32,000 nucleotides of DNA from Phycisphaera mikurensis NBRC 102666 (GCF_000284115.1 NC_017080.1:1140001-1172000); one strand, 5' to 3'. Positions 1-10,218 are shown, numbered from the stretch's first letter. Program-made: numbers and translations. Notes: a model not told the origin generated them from the letters alone.

Positions 1-1
1 C

Positions 2-193
2 GACGCGAAGCTGATCCGCTGCCACGGCGGCGAGGGCAGCGCGCTCTTCGACCTCGCGGCCGACCCGCACGAGCAGCGGAACCTCTGGGCCGATCCCGGG
101 TCCGCCGCACGCAAGACCGACATGCTTCTCCGCCTCACCGACCGGCAGGCACGCACGGCCGATCCGCTGCCGCGCCGCGTCGGCGTCTTCTGA
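2..193 (+). CDS. Sulfatase-family protein, C-terminal fragment (5' end lies upstream of the window)
   Basis: Frame +2 is open from the window edge to TGA at 191-193. The translation ...GSALFDLAADPHEQRNLWADPGSAARKTDMLLRL... carries the (Y/F)DLxxDPxExxNL C-terminal signature common in type I sulfatases. It is missing from the ORF track because it has no in-window start codon. Confidence 0.55.
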   Translation, partial: DAKLIRCHGGEGSALFDLAADPHEQRNLWADPGSAARKTDMLLRLTDRQARTADPLPRRVGVF

Positions 194-207
194 AGCGAAG
201 CCCCCGC

Positions 208-2781
208 ATGAAGCGACCGCACGACGCACGAACCGTTTGGCACCCCGGCAACGCGGATCCCGAGGCCGGGGTGGATTGGGTGACCTTCGAGCGCACGTTC
301 GACCTTGACGGTCCGCCTGAGATCGCGCCGCTGTGCCTCTTCGCCACGCATCGGTACCGGCTGCGGGTGAACGGCCGGGTGGTGGCGTCGGGCCCCGCCC
401 GCTACGTGCCGGGCACGGAGTGGCACGACGAGCTGGACCTGCGGCCGCACCTGCGAGCGGGCCGCAACCAGATCGTGGTGGCGTGCTGCTTCCTGGACAG
501 TGTGAACTTCCAGCACGCGCGGGAGCCGCGGGGGCGGTTCCTCGCCTGGGGCGGGGTCCGGGAGGCTGGCAAAGAACCGGTCGATCTCGCCACGCCCGGA
601 GCCTGGCGGTGCCGTCGTCCCTGCGGGCACGCGGCCGGTGCGCCTTCTTTCTCCTTCGCGATCGGCCCGGTCGAGGTGCTGGACACGCGGATCGCCGGCG
701 GGGGTTGGCAGCGTCCCGAGCCGGTGCCCGCCTGCGCGGAGCCGCGGACCACGCCGCGCCTCACGCCGTACGCGACCGGGAAGATCGTGACGCCCGAGGC
801 CGTGTTCGTGGCGGGTGTGGAGGCGAGCGAGACGCGCGTCGGCTACGTGAGCGTCGTCCGCGGGGTGGAGCCGGGGGAGCGGGAGGCGGTGCGACGCCAG
901 GCCTCCCGCTACGCCCTCTGCCTGCACAGCCCGGAGACTCAGCGGGTGCCGTTGTTTCTGCACTGGGGGCCGCACTTCGTCAACGGCGTGGAGCTCGAGC
1001 CCGAGGACGTGCCCGGGCACGGGAACAAGCAGGCGGTGGAGGTGGAGCTGCGGGCGGGATGGAACCTCCTGTGCGGCGAGCCGCAGCAGGTGCAGCCGCG
1101 GCACCCGGTGATGATCGGCTGGCCGGAGGACGCGCAGCTGGCGGCGCGGTCGCGGCCGGACCCGGGCGATGCGGCCGCGCTCCGCTTCCTGGATCCCGAG
1201 GAGATCGACCCCGCCGCGTCGTGGCGCCGCGGCGCCCCGTCCCGCGTCGAGGACCTGCCGGGCGCGGCGTGGCGGACGCGGCCGCGCGGCGGCGTGCTCC
1301 CGCTTCCGGCGCGGGAGATGAGCTGGGACCGACCCGCCGCGGCGGAGGCGAAGCCGTCGCTGCCGGTCCGCCGGTCATCCGGCGGTGGCGCCTTCACCGC
1401 CGTGCTGGATTTCGCCGACGAGTTCCTCGGGCACGTGGTCGTGAAGATCGACGCGCCCGCGGGAACGATCGTCGACGTCGGCTGCGACGAGCGCCGCCGG
1501 GCCGACGGGTGCCTGGACTGGTTCGGCGCGAACCCCTTCGTCGACAGCGCCGATCGCTTCGTCGCCGCCGGGGGCCGGCAGACGCTGGAGACCTTCCACC
1601 CCCGCGGCGGCCGCTTCCTGCAGGTGACGCTGCGTCCGCCGGCGGCGGCGCCGGCGCCGGATCCGCGGTCCGCGGACCGCGGGCCGCTGAGCCTCGAAAG
1701 CGTCACGGTCCGCGACGCGCACTGCCCGCCCGCGTACGACCGGCCGGCTCCCCCGCTGCACGACGAGCTGCTCGCCTGGGCGTGGCGCACCGGGGTGAAC
1801 ACGCTGCGCGCGAGCACCGAGGAAGTTCACTGCGATTCGCCCTGGCGGGAGCGGGGCCTGTACCTGGGGGACGGCCACGTGCAGTCGATGGCGGAGACGC
1901 TGGTGACCACCGACGCCAGCCTCGGCCGCCGGGCGCTGCAGCTGTTCGCGGCGGGTCAGTTTCCCGACGGGCAGCTGCCCTGCGTCGTGCCCTCCTGGCT
2001 GGCCGAGCCGCACGGCGACTTCACGCTCATCTACGCGGTTTGGCTCCGCGACTTCCACGCCGCGGTGGACGATCTCGCGCTCGTTCGTGCGTGCCTGCCC
2101 GCCGTGGACCGCCTGCTCGCGAGCCCGGCGTGGCGAAAATCTCCGCGGTCGATCCTCTGGGACGCGACCGAGGCGAACCGGCTCTTCATCGACTGGGGAT
2201 GCCTCAAAGGGGCGCGCCGCTACGACGAGAACGCGACGCTGAACGCCTTCCGCTTCGCGGCGCTCGGCGCCGCGGCGGACCTGCACGCAGCGGCCGGCGG
2301 GGACGCCGAAGCGGGCCGGTTGCGGGAGGAAGCCGACCGCGTGCGCGACGCGTACCGGGAGCGGCTGTGGCTCGCCGGAGCGGGCCGCTTCGCCGGCGGG
2401 TTCGTGGACGGCGAGCCGGTGGAGCGGGAGGTGATCCACCCCAACGTGCTCGCGCTGGCCCTCGGGCTTGCGGCCCCCGAGCACGAGGAGCGGCTGACCG
2501 AGCACGTGGTCGGCCGCCTCGAAACGAACGCGGAGCACGCCGCCCGCGGCGTCCCGCACGACGACTTCGTCGAGCTGTACTTCCTGAAGCACGCCCTGCA
2601 GGCGCTGCACCGCGTCGGCCGCCGCGGCGTCGCGGAGCGGGTGGTCCGCGACCACCTCTGCATCCTGCGCGAGCACGGCACGCCCACGCTCTGGGAGTGC
2701 GTCCACCGGGGCGTGAAGAACCGCGGGAGCGCCTGCCACTCCTGGTCCGCCGGCTACCTGCACCACCTCGCTCGGCGGTGA
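208..2781 (+). CDS. Alpha-L-rhamnosidase-like glycoside hydrolase (GH78-type six-hairpin fold)
   Basis: 857-aa ORF. The N-terminal region (LFATHRYRLRVNGRVVASGP...LRAGRNQIVVACCF) resembles the bacterial rhamnosidase N-domain. VHCDSPWRERGLYLGDGHV resembles the DCPxRERxGWxGD motif of the GH78 catalytic (alpha/alpha)6 domain. The C-terminal CHSWSAGY is also GH78-like. The overlapping 889-aa +1-frame ORF (333-3002) is Arg/Pro/Gly-rich junk. Confidence 0.6.
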   Translation: MKRPHDARTVWHPGNADPEAGVDWVTFERTFDLDGPPEIAPLCLFATHRYRLRVNGRVVASGPARYVPGTEWHDELDLRPHLRAGRNQIVVACCFLDSVNFQHAREPRGRFLAWGGVREAGKEPVDLATPGAWRCRRPCGHAAGAPSFSFAIGPVEVLDTRIAGGGWQRPEPVPACAEPRTTPRLTPYATGKIVTPEAVFVAGVEASETRVGYVSVVRGVEPGEREAVRRQASRYALCLHSPETQRVPLFLHWGPHFVNGVELEPEDVPGHGNKQAVEVELRAGWNLLCGEPQQVQPRHPVMIGWPEDAQLAARSRPDPGDAAALRFLDPEEIDPAASWRRGAPSRVEDLPGAAWRTRPRGGVLPLPAREMSWDRPAAAEAKPSLPVRRSSGGGAFTAVLDFADEFLGHVVVKIDAPAGTIVDVGCDERRRADGCLDWFGANPFVDSADRFVAAGGRQTLETFHPRGGRFLQVTLRPPAAAPAPDPRSADRGPLSLESVTVRDAHCPPAYDRPAPPLHDELLAWAWRTGVNTLRASTEEVHCDSPWRERGLYLGDGHVQSMAETLVTTDASLGRRALQLFAAGQFPDGQLPCVVPSWLAEPHGDFTLIYAVWLRDFHAAVDDLALVRACLPAVDRLLASPAWRKSPRSILWDATEANRLFIDWGCLKGARRYDENATLNAFRFAALGAAADLHAAAGGDAEAGRLREEADRVRDAYRERLWLAGAGRFAGGFVDGEPVEREVIHPNVLALALGLAAPEHEERLTEHVVGRLETNAEHAARGVPHDDFVELYFLKHALQALHRVGRRGVAERVVRDHLCILREHGTPTLWECVHRGVKNRGSACHSWSAGYLHHLARR

Positions 2782-2803
2782 ACCGCCGGCGTGCTGCGCA
2801 CCG

Positions 2804-4237
2804 TCAGGCCCGCGCCTCCTCCGCGGTCACCCGCCGCTGCCCGGCGGGCTTCATCGCTTCGGGGCCGAGCACCTCGGGCAGCTCCTCGCCCAGCTCGCTC
2901 ATCCGCCGCAGCAGGCGTTCCCGCATCGCCTCCCGCACCGGCGTGTGCGACTCGAACGACACCAGGTTGAACAGCTCGTACGGGTCGTGCAGCAGGTCGT
3001 AGAGCTCCACCTCCCGGAGCCGGTCCTGCCCGCCGGTGTAGCCGGCCCGGTGCCAGTCGGGCCGGTCCGGGTCGCGGGTGATGTACTTCCAGCGGCGGGT
3101 GCGGACCGTCCGCCCCCAGCACGCCTCGCTCACCTGCACGTACACCTCCTCGGGCCAGGACGCCACGGCGTCCGGCTCCTTCCGCACCAGCGGCAGCAGG
3201 CTGCGGCCCTCGAAGGTGTCGGGAACGTCGATGCCCGCCGCGTCGAGCAGCGTCGCGGGCAGGTCCACCAGCGAGACGAGCGGGTCGACCCGGCCGCCGC
3301 CTTTGAACGGCCCGCCGGCGAGCACCGTGGGCACGCGGATCGAGGCCTCGTGGCCGGAGCGCTTGTCCTGGGCGTTGCGGGTCTCGAAGTGGCAGCCGTG
3401 GTCGGAGGTGAACAGGATCACGGTGTTGTCGAGCTGGCCGTGGCTCTGCAGCGCGTCGCACACCCGGCCGAGCGCCTCGTCGAGGCGCTTGACCATCCCG
3501 AAGTAGCCGCCCAGGTGGCCCGGAGCCGAGCCGCCCACCGCGGTGCCGGCGGAGCCGAGGCTCGGCAGCGAGGCCAGATCGGGCGGGCACCAGCGGCCGG
3601 TGTACGGCTGCCGCCAGCCGTCGGGGGCCACGTAGTCGTACGCGTGGTTCTGGTGGTGCGGCTCCAGGAAGCTGCAGAACGCGAAGAAGGGGTGCTCGTC
3701 GCGGTCGGGCGCCCGCAGCCGGTCGTCGAGGTGCCGGATGAGCGCGTCCGCGAGCGCGTCGACGCGGTAGCCGGGCAGGTCGACGGGTTGCCCGTCCCGG
3801 TCCCAGAGCCGGGTGTGGTACGCGTCGGAGGTCTGCTCGAGGAGGTTCGCGGCCAGCCAGTACCCGTAGCCGCCACGCTGCTCCGGCGGCACCGGACCCC
3901 GCACGCCGCGGTCGTCGGCGAGGTGCCACTTGCCCAGGTAGCCGGTGCGGTAGCCGGCCTCGGTGAAGAGCGTGCCGAGGTTGGGCAGCTCCCGGGTGAG
4001 GCCGATGCCGTTGGTCACGGTGCCGTTGGTGGTCGCGTGCGTCCCGGTCTGCAGGCAGGCCCGGGCCGGGCCGCACACCGGCTGGCAGGTGAAGCTGCGG
4101 TGCACGTCGGTGCCGCCGCGGGCGAGGCGGTCCAGGTTGGGCGTGAGGCCCAGCGGGCAGCCGTGCACGCCGGTGGTGTCGTGGCGTTGCTGGTCGGTGA
4201 AGAAGACCAGGACGTTGGGGCGAGGGGTGGTGCTCAT
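2804..4237 (-). CDS. Type I sulfatase (formylglycine-dependent)
   Basis: 477-aa ORF. The N-terminal [14 protein letters not shown] metal-binding segment and the CxPxR formylglycine motif in [17 protein letters not shown] are present. SDHG and [14 protein letters not shown] motifs occur later in the protein. Confidence 0.9.
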   Translation of the reverse strand: MSTTPRPNVLVFFTDQQRHDTTGVHGCPLGLTPNLDRLARGGTDVHRSFTCQPVCGPARACLQTGTHATTNGTVTNGIGLTRELPNLGTLFTEAGYRTGYLGKWHLADDRGVRGPVPPEQRGGYGYWLAANLLEQTSDAYHTRLWDRDGQPVDLPGYRVDALADALIRHLDDRLRAPDRDEHPFFAFCSFLEPHHQNHAYDYVAPDGWRQPYTGRWCPPDLASLPSLGSAGTAVGGSAPGHLGGYFGMVKRLDEALGRVCDALQSHGQLDNTVILFTSDHGCHFETRNAQDKRSGHEASIRVPTVLAGGPFKGGGRVDPLVSLVDLPATLLDAAGIDVPDTFEGRSLLPLVRKEPDAVASWPEEVYVQVSEACWGRTVRTRRWKYITRDPDRPDWHRAGYTGGQDRLREVELYDLLHDPYELFNLVSFESHTPVREAMRERLLRRMSELGEELPEVLGPEAMKPAGQRRVTAEEARA

Positions 4238-5415
4238 GCGGAGGCGGCGCCGGCGGCACCGGCGGTGGCGGGCGGGCCGACGAGCATCCCCTCCGGCAGC
4301 TCCGCGGGCATCGGGGCCGGCCGCTCCGCGGTGCTGCCGAGGCGGACGAACCCCGCCCGCTCGGCCGACTCCCCGCAGGCGACGATCGCGTCGAGCACGT
4401 GCAGGCCGAGGGCGCCGGAGCAGCGGGGCTCGCGGTTCTCCGCGAGCGCGGCCGCCATGTCGGCCAGCCCGACCGATCGCTCGAAGCCCGTCGGCGTCGC
4501 GGCTCCGAGCTCGCGCGGCCCGTCCTCGTCCACCCGCTGAAGGATCGGCAGCAGGTCGAACTGGTTGGGGTCGGGCACCCGGAGGGCGCCCTCGGTTCCG
4601 TACACCGTGATCGGCCGCTGCCGGTCGTAGAAGCTCACCCGCGTCGCGAAGGAGGTGCTCAGCGTCCCGGTCGGCCCCGAGGCGAAACGCAGGATCGCGG
4701 CGAAGTGATCGGGCACCTCGATCTCGAAGCCCTCGCCGTGCCGAGGGCCGGGGCCACCGGCGGCGTCCCGGTGCGTGATCTCCCGCCGCGGGATCTTCTT
4801 GTCGGCGAAGCAGCCGACCGTGGAGACCGGCCCGAGAAGGTTCACCAGCGCCGTGAGGTAGTACGGCCCCATGTCGAACATCGGCCCGCCGCCGGGCTGG
4901 TAGAAGAACTCGGGATTGGGGTGCCAGTGCTCCACGCCGCGGGCGAACATCCGGGCGTCGAAGTGCAGCGGCTCGCCGATGAGCCCGTCGTCGATCGCCC
5001 GGCGAGCCGTCTGCTGCCCGGCGCCCAGGAAAGTGTCCGGGGCGGTACCGACGGTGAGGCCCGCGGCCGCGGCCTCGGCCAGCAGCGCCGAGCTCTCTTC
5101 GCGGTCGGTGCCCAGCGGCTTCTCGCCGAAGACGTGCTTGCCCGCGGCGATGGCCCGGCGGCCGGTCTCCGCGTGCGCGGTCGGGATCGTCAGGTTCAGC
5201 ACGCAGTCGACCTCCGCGGCCGCGAAAAGCTCGTCCACGCCGTAGGCCGCGGGCACGCCGAAGCCTGCCGCCGCGGACTCCGCCGCCTCGCGACGGAGAT
5301 CGGCCACGGCGACGATCTCGAAGCCGCGGTGGGTCGCGGCGTGGGGCAGGTACTTCTTGCGGGCGATGTTGCCGCAGCCCAGGACGCCGACGCGGAGGGG
5401 TCTGGAATCAGCCAT
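4234..5415 (-). CDS. Gfo/Idh/MocA-family NAD(P)-dependent oxidoreductase
   Basis: I trimmed the 599-aa track ORF to the ATG at 5415 ([25 protein letters not shown]), which gives a Rossmann GxGxxA start typical of the family. The upstream 200 aa are Arg/Pro/Gly-rich junk. The stop overlaps the sulfatase start by 4 nt (4234-4237), which suggests co-translation. Confidence 0.85.
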   Translation of the reverse strand: MADSRPLRVGVLGCGNIARKKYLPHAATHRGFEIVAVADLRREAAESAAAGFGVPAAYGVDELFAAAEVDCVLNLTIPTAHAETGRRAIAAGKHVFGEKPLGTDREESSALLAEAAAAGLTVGTAPDTFLGAGQQTARRAIDDGLIGEPLHFDARMFARGVEHWHPNPEFFYQPGGGPMFDMGPYYLTALVNLLGPVSTVGCFADKKIPRREITHRDAAGGPGPRHGEGFEIEVPDHFAAILRFASGPTGTLSTSFATRVSFYDRQRPITVYGTEGALRVPDPNQFDLLPILQRVDEDGPRELGAATPTGFERSVGLADMAAALAENREPRCSGALGLHVLDAIVACGESAERAGFVRLGSTAERPAPMPAELPEGMLVGPPATAGAAGAASA

Positions 5416-5908
5416 GGAGGAGCGGGAAGAGGGAGAAGTCGCGGCGAGAGACGCCGCCCGCCGCGGACCGCGACGGTTCTGAAGCCCGGACCGCCGCGAT
5501 CCGCGGCGCCGGAAAGGTACCGGCCCCGCTCGCGGTGGCGCCGGAGCCGGGGCGCCACCGGTCCGGCGGCCGGCTTCTCCGGGCCCGGCACGCCCCGCCC
5601 GGAGCGAGGCGAGGCGAGGCGGCGTGCGGCTTCCCGGCTCGGCCCTCCATCTGCTCGCTCGCCGCGAGCATCCGGAACACGCTCGACCCGGTCGCGGCCC
5701 GCCGTCGCTGCCGGCCCGCGGACCCTCTACGCTGCGTCGGCGCGTGCCGGGCTGCCGGGGGAGAGGCAGAGCGCCGTGCGGGGGCGGAGGCTGCGCGTGA
5801 CCCGCGGAACCCAGGGACGCGCCGGCCGCGGCGGCTTCCCCGGGCTCCGGCTCCGGCGGCCGCGGCTCGCCGCCTTCGAACCGCGCGTCCGCCCGCTCTC
5901 GACCCCGC

Positions 5909-6994
5909 TTGCTCTCCCCCGGGCCCCTTGCCGTGAATCCCACCCCGACGCTCCACGACGTGGCCCGCTTGGCGGGGGTGAACGAGGCGACGGTGTCGCG
6001 GGCCTTCTCGCGGCGTGCGCCCGTCGCGGCCAAGACCCGCGAGCGGATCTTCGAGGCGGCCCGCCGCGTGGGCTACCGGCCGAGCATGGCGGCCCGGATG
6101 ACGCGGACCGGCCGCAGCGGGCTCATCGGCGTCGTCCGGAGCCCCGTCGGGGGCCACTCGGTGGACCATCCGTCGTTCCTGCTGGGGCTCGGCGGCGAGC
6201 TGCACCGGCGGGGGCTCTGCCCCGTGGGCGACGTGCTGAGCGTGCCGGGGGACCCGGACATGGATCCCGCTGCGCCGGCCCCCGCGGTGCCCCGCATCAT
6301 CCGGGAGCACCTCGCGGACGGCTTCCTCATCAACTACGCCTTCGGGATGCCCGAAGCCGCGGAGCGGCTGCTCAGCGGGTCGGGTGTGCCGGCGATCTGG
6401 ATCAACCAGCTGCGGGAGCAGAACTGCGTGCGGCCCGACGACCGGGGAGCCGCGGCCGAGGCCACCGCCTACCTGCTCGGCCGCGGCTGCCGGGACATCG
6501 CTTACGTGGCCGCTCCCGCCTCCTCCTCCTCCGCGGGGGCGTCGCGGGCGGAGCACTTCAGCCGCGCGGCGCGGGAGCGGGGTTACCGCGACGCCATGTC
6601 CGCCGCCGGGGTCCCCGCCCGGGTGGAGGCGCTGCCCCCGCTGCCGCCCGCCGGCGCGTACGAGCGGCGGCTCGGCCACGTGCTCCGCAGCCACGTGGCG
6701 CTCCTGAGCCGGCGCGACCGGCCCGAGGCGGTGCTGTGCGAGGCCGACGGCCGCGTGATGCTCGCCGCGGCGAGCGAAGCCGGGCTCCGCGTGCCCGGGG
6801 AGCTCGCGGTCTTCGGCATCGACAACGACCCCGGCGGCGACGTGCGGATCGCGATGGACCGGCTGGTCGTGCCGTTCTGGGCCATGGGCCGGTCGGCCGT
6901 CGAGGAGGTCTGCGGCCTCATCGAGGAGCCCGACCGGCCGCGGCCGCCGGTGGTGCTGCCCTTCGAGTTCCACCGCGCCGGCACGGTCGCCTGA
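5909..6994 (+). CDS. LacI-family transcriptional regulator (LacI-1)
   Basis: N-terminal [26 protein letters not shown]...ARRVGYRP, followed by a periplasmic-binding-protein-like sugar-binding core. The track start is TTG at 5909. GTG at 5933 is an equally plausible start. Confidence 0.85.
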   Translation: MLSPGPLAVNPTPTLHDVARLAGVNEATVSRAFSRRAPVAAKTRERIFEAARRVGYRPSMAARMTRTGRSGLIGVVRSPVGGHSVDHPSFLLGLGGELHRRGLCPVGDVLSVPGDPDMDPAAPAPAVPRIIREHLADGFLINYAFGMPEAAERLLSGSGVPAIWINQLREQNCVRPDDRGAAAEATAYLLGRGCRDIAYVAAPASSSSAGASRAEHFSRAARERGYRDAMSAAGVPARVEALPPLPPAGAYERRLGHVLRSHVALLSRRDRPEAVLCEADGRVMLAAASEAGLRVPGELAVFGIDNDPGGDVRIAMDRLVVPFWAMGRSAVEEVCGLIEEPDRPRPPVVLPFEFHRAGTVA

Positions 6995-7134
6995 ACCGGC
7001 TCGGCCCGGCCCGGCCCGGCCCGCTCCGGTCCGGTCGGGCCGACGCCGCGTGCGCGGTCGCGCCCGCGGCCGCCCAGCGAGCGGGGGGCGGGGAGGGGCA
7101 CGGCCGGTGGCGAGCCGGCGCGGCACCCCGAATC

Positions 7135-7162
7135 TTGACGGCCGCAAACGCCGAGCTACCCT
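7135..7162 (+). promoter_or_regulatory. Candidate sigma70-type promoter: TTGACG, 16 nt, TACCCT
   Basis: TTGACG at 7135-7140 and TACCCT (TAnnnT) at 7157-7162, in the intergenic region between LacI-1 and the DUF1559 gene. The same cTTGAC(G/C) -35 box recurs at 27938-27943 (minus strand) and 29107-29112. Confidence 0.4.
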
Positions 7163-7164
7163 TG

Positions 7165-7178
7165 TGCATACGTTTGCA
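7165..7178. promoter_or_regulatory. LacI-type operator TGCATACGTTTGCA
   Basis: 14-bp CG-centred near-palindrome with one mismatched pair, versus the classic family consensus TGCAAACGTTTGCA. It starts 3 bp after the candidate -10 box, about 130 bp upstream of the DUF1559 ATG and about 170 bp downstream of the LacI-1 stop. Confidence 0.5.
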
Positions 7179-7305
7179 GTGCTTCTCGGGGCCCGGTTTC
7201 TACCCCGCTCGTCCCACCCCGCCGCCGCCATCTGCCGCGGCGGTTTTCGCCTTTTCGCCGCACCCCGGCGCTCTCCGCCCCTCTTCTCTTCTGAAGGTGA
7301 TCTCG

Positions 7306-8229
7306 ATGTCTGCTCGCTCTGACCGCCTCCCGCAGCGCTTCTCCGGGCCCCGTCACGCGGCGCGCCCCGCCGGCTTCACCCTGATCGAGCTGCTCGTGGT
7401 GATCTCGATCATCGCGCTTCTCATCGGGATCCTCCTGCCGGCCTTGGGCGCGGCGCGGGCCTCGGCCCGCAGCGCCCTGTGCAAGAGCAACCTGCGTCAG
7501 CAGGGCATCGGCTTCAACGCGTACGCGGCCGACTTCAAGGACTTCCTCCCGGTCGGCTCCTACGGGGTTCCCGGCACCGGCTGGACCGTCAGCATCTGGG
7601 ACGTCTTCGTCGACGAGGGCTACATGGAGGGCCCGACCGAGACCGACTTCAACCCGACCGGCGCTCCCGGCACGTCGCTGCGGCCCGGGGTGGTCGGCAC
7701 CGCCTTCTACTGCCCCGGCTCGGAAGACTCGGTGAGCAGCTCCGTCTCCATCAACGGCGTGCCCGGCTATGCGAACGGCAAGACCGACACACCGGCGCAC
7801 GCGGTGGGGCGACGCACCTTCAACCGGGTGGGCAAGGCCGACCGCTTCATCGACTCCTGGTACCAGGTCAATGGCTCCTTCATCGACGCCCCCGGCAAAG
7901 TCCAGAGGATCCCCTGGTTCCCTCTCAACGCGTTCAGCAGGGACTACACGCCGGTCCACGCCCGGCTCTTCGACTTCGATGATCCCTCCGGCATGGCGGG
8001 CATCCTCGACGGCTACGCGGCTCACAACCTGAACACCGCGGCGGTGCCGACCAACCGGCACCCCGCCGGGGAGGCTGGCACCGTCCAGCTCGACGGCCAC
8101 GTGGAGGCGATCCAAGCCGGCGTGAACCCGCAGACCATCAAAGACCGGACCACGAAGAACGTCTTCGTGGACAAGGCCGAGTCGCTGCAGATGCCGGTGC
8201 AGCTGCGGGTGGCAGAGACCTTCCCCTGA
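7306..8229 (+). CDS. Prepilin-type N-terminal cleavage/methylation domain protein, DUF1559 / H-X9-DG-like family
   Basis: This is the only credible part of the 1276-aa track ORF 4399-8229. The ATG at 7306 is preceded by GAAGGTGA. The class III signal is G|[24 protein letters not shown]. The C-terminal [19 protein letters not shown] resembles the H-X9-DG motif with a 1-residue longer spacer. Confidence 0.85.
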   Translation: MSARSDRLPQRFSGPRHAARPAGFTLIELLVVISIIALLIGILLPALGAARASARSALCKSNLRQQGIGFNAYAADFKDFLPVGSYGVPGTGWTVSIWDVFVDEGYMEGPTETDFNPTGAPGTSLRPGVVGTAFYCPGSEDSVSSSVSINGVPGYANGKTDTPAHAVGRRTFNRVGKADRFIDSWYQVNGSFIDAPGKVQRIPWFPLNAFSRDYTPVHARLFDFDDPSGMAGILDGYAAHNLNTAAVPTNRHPAGEAGTVQLDGHVEAIQAGVNPQTIKDRTTKNVFVDKAESLQMPVQLRVAETFP

Positions 8230-8287
8230 TCCGCGCCCCGGCGGGGTCTTGAGCACCCGAGCCCGCAGCCCCGCGTCCGCCACGCCC

Positions 8288-10036
8288 TCACGAAACGCGG
8301 ACCTCCACCACGCAGACCGACGCCGCGGGCAACTCGACGTCCACGGCGGCGCCGCCCTCGGCTTCGTGTGCCCGCGCGTCCAGCTCCCGCGTGCGGGCTT
8401 TGGTTCGGGCGTAGGGCTGCGACTCGTCTTCGTCGGGGAGCAGGGCGTGCAAGACCACCCCGCTCACGGAGCCGGGCTCCACACCGCGGAGCAGAAGGCG
8501 GACGGGCAGCGGCCGGCCGAAGCCGCGGTGGATGACGTGGACCAGCACGCGGCCGTCGTCGGCGGTGGCGACCACGTCGAGCGGGCCGATCTCCGGGCCG
8601 ATCGCCTCGCCGTCGAGCGTCAGGTCCAGCCGGGCGGGAGCGGGGGGGTTCTCGATGCTCACCGCCCGCACGTGATCCCCGTGCAGCCCGGCGTAGAGCG
8701 AGGCCACCCGGCCGGTGGGGGTGAGGTACACGCCACCGGGTTCCTCGGGGTTCCCGCGGACCGAGCCGATCGTCCAGCGCTCGGCGAGCATCATCGACTG
8801 CGTCGCGAGCGTCACCTTCCCGGGCCCCTCGCCCGCGTGCCGCAGCAGGCCGTGCAGGTAGCCGGCGGAGCCGAGCGCCCGGGCGTGCGCGGTGACCGTG
8901 GGGTGGGGCTTGTCCCAGCCGCCCCAGCCGTTCCAGTTCCACTCGGTGCAGGCGACCTCGTAGCCGCCTCTCTTGGCGATCGCAAGAAAAGCCGGATCCA
9001 GCGAGCGTGACGCGCCGCTGGCGTCGATGCCGCGCGGGTGCCAGACGCCGAAGAGGTGCAGCGCCTCGGCCGGAAGGTCCGCGCCGGCGGTGGGCTCGCC
9101 GTTGAAGACGAAGTTCCCCTTGCCCCAGGGCCCGTAGTGGTGCCGGGTGATCCAGCGGAAACGCTCCCGCACCCGCGGGTCCAGCAGGATGGTCGCGTCC
9201 GCGACCTCATCGCGGAACTCGCCCTCCCCGACCAGCTCGATCGTCGGGTCCACCGCGAGCATGGCGTCGGCGATCGCGACCAGCGCATCGGCGATGCGCC
9301 CGGCCGCGGCTCGCTTCTCCGCGGGTGTCTTCCCGGCCCAGAAGTCGCCGTGGCGCTTGCCCTGCAGCTGGACGAACAGCTCGTTGCCGACCTGCCACCG
9401 CTGCACGCCCCAGGGCTCGAAGCGGCCGTTGGCCGCACGCAGCGCCGCCCACTTCTGCGTCTCGGGATCCATCCCCGGCTCCAGCGGCGCGTTCATGTAG
9501 GCCACCAGGCCCGCGGCCTGGGCCGCCGTCTCCGCGAGGCTCGACCCGTCGCCGCGTCGGCCCTCGGGGTCCTCGAGGCCCAGCGCGTCCACGACCGCCG
9601 GCGCGGCCTTCACCACGATCAGCGGCTCGGCCCCGAGCTCCCCGCAGAGCTCCAGGAACCGGTCGTAGGTGAAGCGGTTGGTCAGCGGCTCCTCGCCGCG
9701 GCTCTTCGAGCGCGGCTGCTCCGGGCGGCCGGGCATTTCGATGCGGTCGGTCCAGCGGAGGAAGGGCAGGTCGCTGCCGGCGGGGAAGCGGAGGATCGGC
9801 GCGTTCAACTCCCGCAGCTTCGCGACGACGGCGTCCGGCAGCTCGCCGGTCTCCTCGTCGGCGAAAGCTTCGGGCCCGCGCTCGCCCCAGCTGGCGATCT
9901 CCAGGAACTGCCCGAAGAGCAGCGGCGACAGCGGCGGCCCCGCCTCGGCCGCGACCCGGATGGCCGTGACGGGCTCGGCCCGCAGCGGGAGCGTCGCGGC
10001 GGCGAGCAGGAGGACGGCGAGCGGGAGGAGCTTCAT
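8288..10036 (-). CDS. Secreted clan GH-A glycoside hydrolase, GH51 alpha-L-arabinofuranosidase-like
   Basis: I trimmed the ORF to the ATG at 10036, which gives the signal peptide MKLLPLAVLLLAAATLPLRA. LRFPAGSDLPFLRWTDRI, FLELCGELGAEPLIVV, WQVGNELF (acid/base NE) and VACTEWNWNGWG (nucleophile E) parallel conserved GH51 blocks. A C-terminal beta-sandwich follows. Confidence 0.6.
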   Translation of the reverse strand: MKLLPLAVLLLAAATLPLRAEPVTAIRVAAEAGPPLSPLLFGQFLEIASWGERGPEAFADEETGELPDAVVAKLRELNAPILRFPAGSDLPFLRWTDRIEMPGRPEQPRSKSRGEEPLTNRFTYDRFLELCGELGAEPLIVVKAAPAVVDALGLEDPEGRRGDGSSLAETAAQAAGLVAYMNAPLEPGMDPETQKWAALRAANGRFEPWGVQRWQVGNELFVQLQGKRHGDFWAGKTPAEKRAAAGRIADALVAIADAMLAVDPTIELVGEGEFRDEVADATILLDPRVRERFRWITRHHYGPWGKGNFVFNGEPTAGADLPAEALHLFGVWHPRGIDASGASRSLDPAFLAIAKRGGYEVACTEWNWNGWGGWDKPHPTVTAHARALGSAGYLHGLLRHAGEGPGKVTLATQSMMLAERWTIGSVRGNPEEPGGVYLTPTGRVASLYAGLHGDHVRAVSIENPPAPARLDLTLDGEAIGPEIGPLDVVATADDGRVLVHVIHRGFGRPLPVRLLLRGVEPGSVSGVVLHALLPDEDESQPYARTKARTRELDARAHEAEGGAAVDVELPAASVCVVEVRVS

Positions 10037-10218
10037 GGGGAGGATGAGCCGCGGCGAGCGGGGCCGCCCGGCGGGCGGTTTCGGCGTCGAGCCCTCGGAT
10101 CCACTTCCTGATCGTCGAGCCGTGGCCGTGGCCGTGGTCGCGCGGGCGGGCGTGGTGCCCGGTGGCTCCGTCCACCCGCGGCCGATCCGGGGGCCGAGGA
10201 GCCGCGGACCGCGGCGGA

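Noticed and set aside
1661-1680. Recurring CCGCGGTCCGCGG / GGTCCGCGG strings (also near 10205, 13915, 18105, 23411, 27061, 31645) as a dispersed repeat family
   Set aside because: Most copies lie inside coding regions in different frames. The motif is a low-information GC string built on CCGCGG, consistent with compositional bias rather than a mobile or regulatory element. Only the paired copies at 27061/27098 are used above, as a hairpin.
5416-6033. N-terminal 206-aa extension of the oxidoreductase ORF, and analogous extensions at 10037-10477, 9669-10256, 13020-13181, 15901-16785, 19509-19595, 25134-25334 and 27839-27904
   Set aside because: The extensions are low-complexity Arg/Pro/Gly sequence or overlap neighbouring genes or a tRNA. 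Internal starts give canonical N-termini: a Rossmann motif, signal peptides, the prepilin leader or the Nei N-terminus.
4399-7305. 5' part of the 1276-aa + strand ORF 4399-8229
   Set aside because: It runs antisense through the oxidoreductase and in an alternative same-strand frame through the LacI-1 gene, with junk composition. Only the last 307 codons, from the ATG at 7306, form a recognisable protein (the DUF1559 protein).
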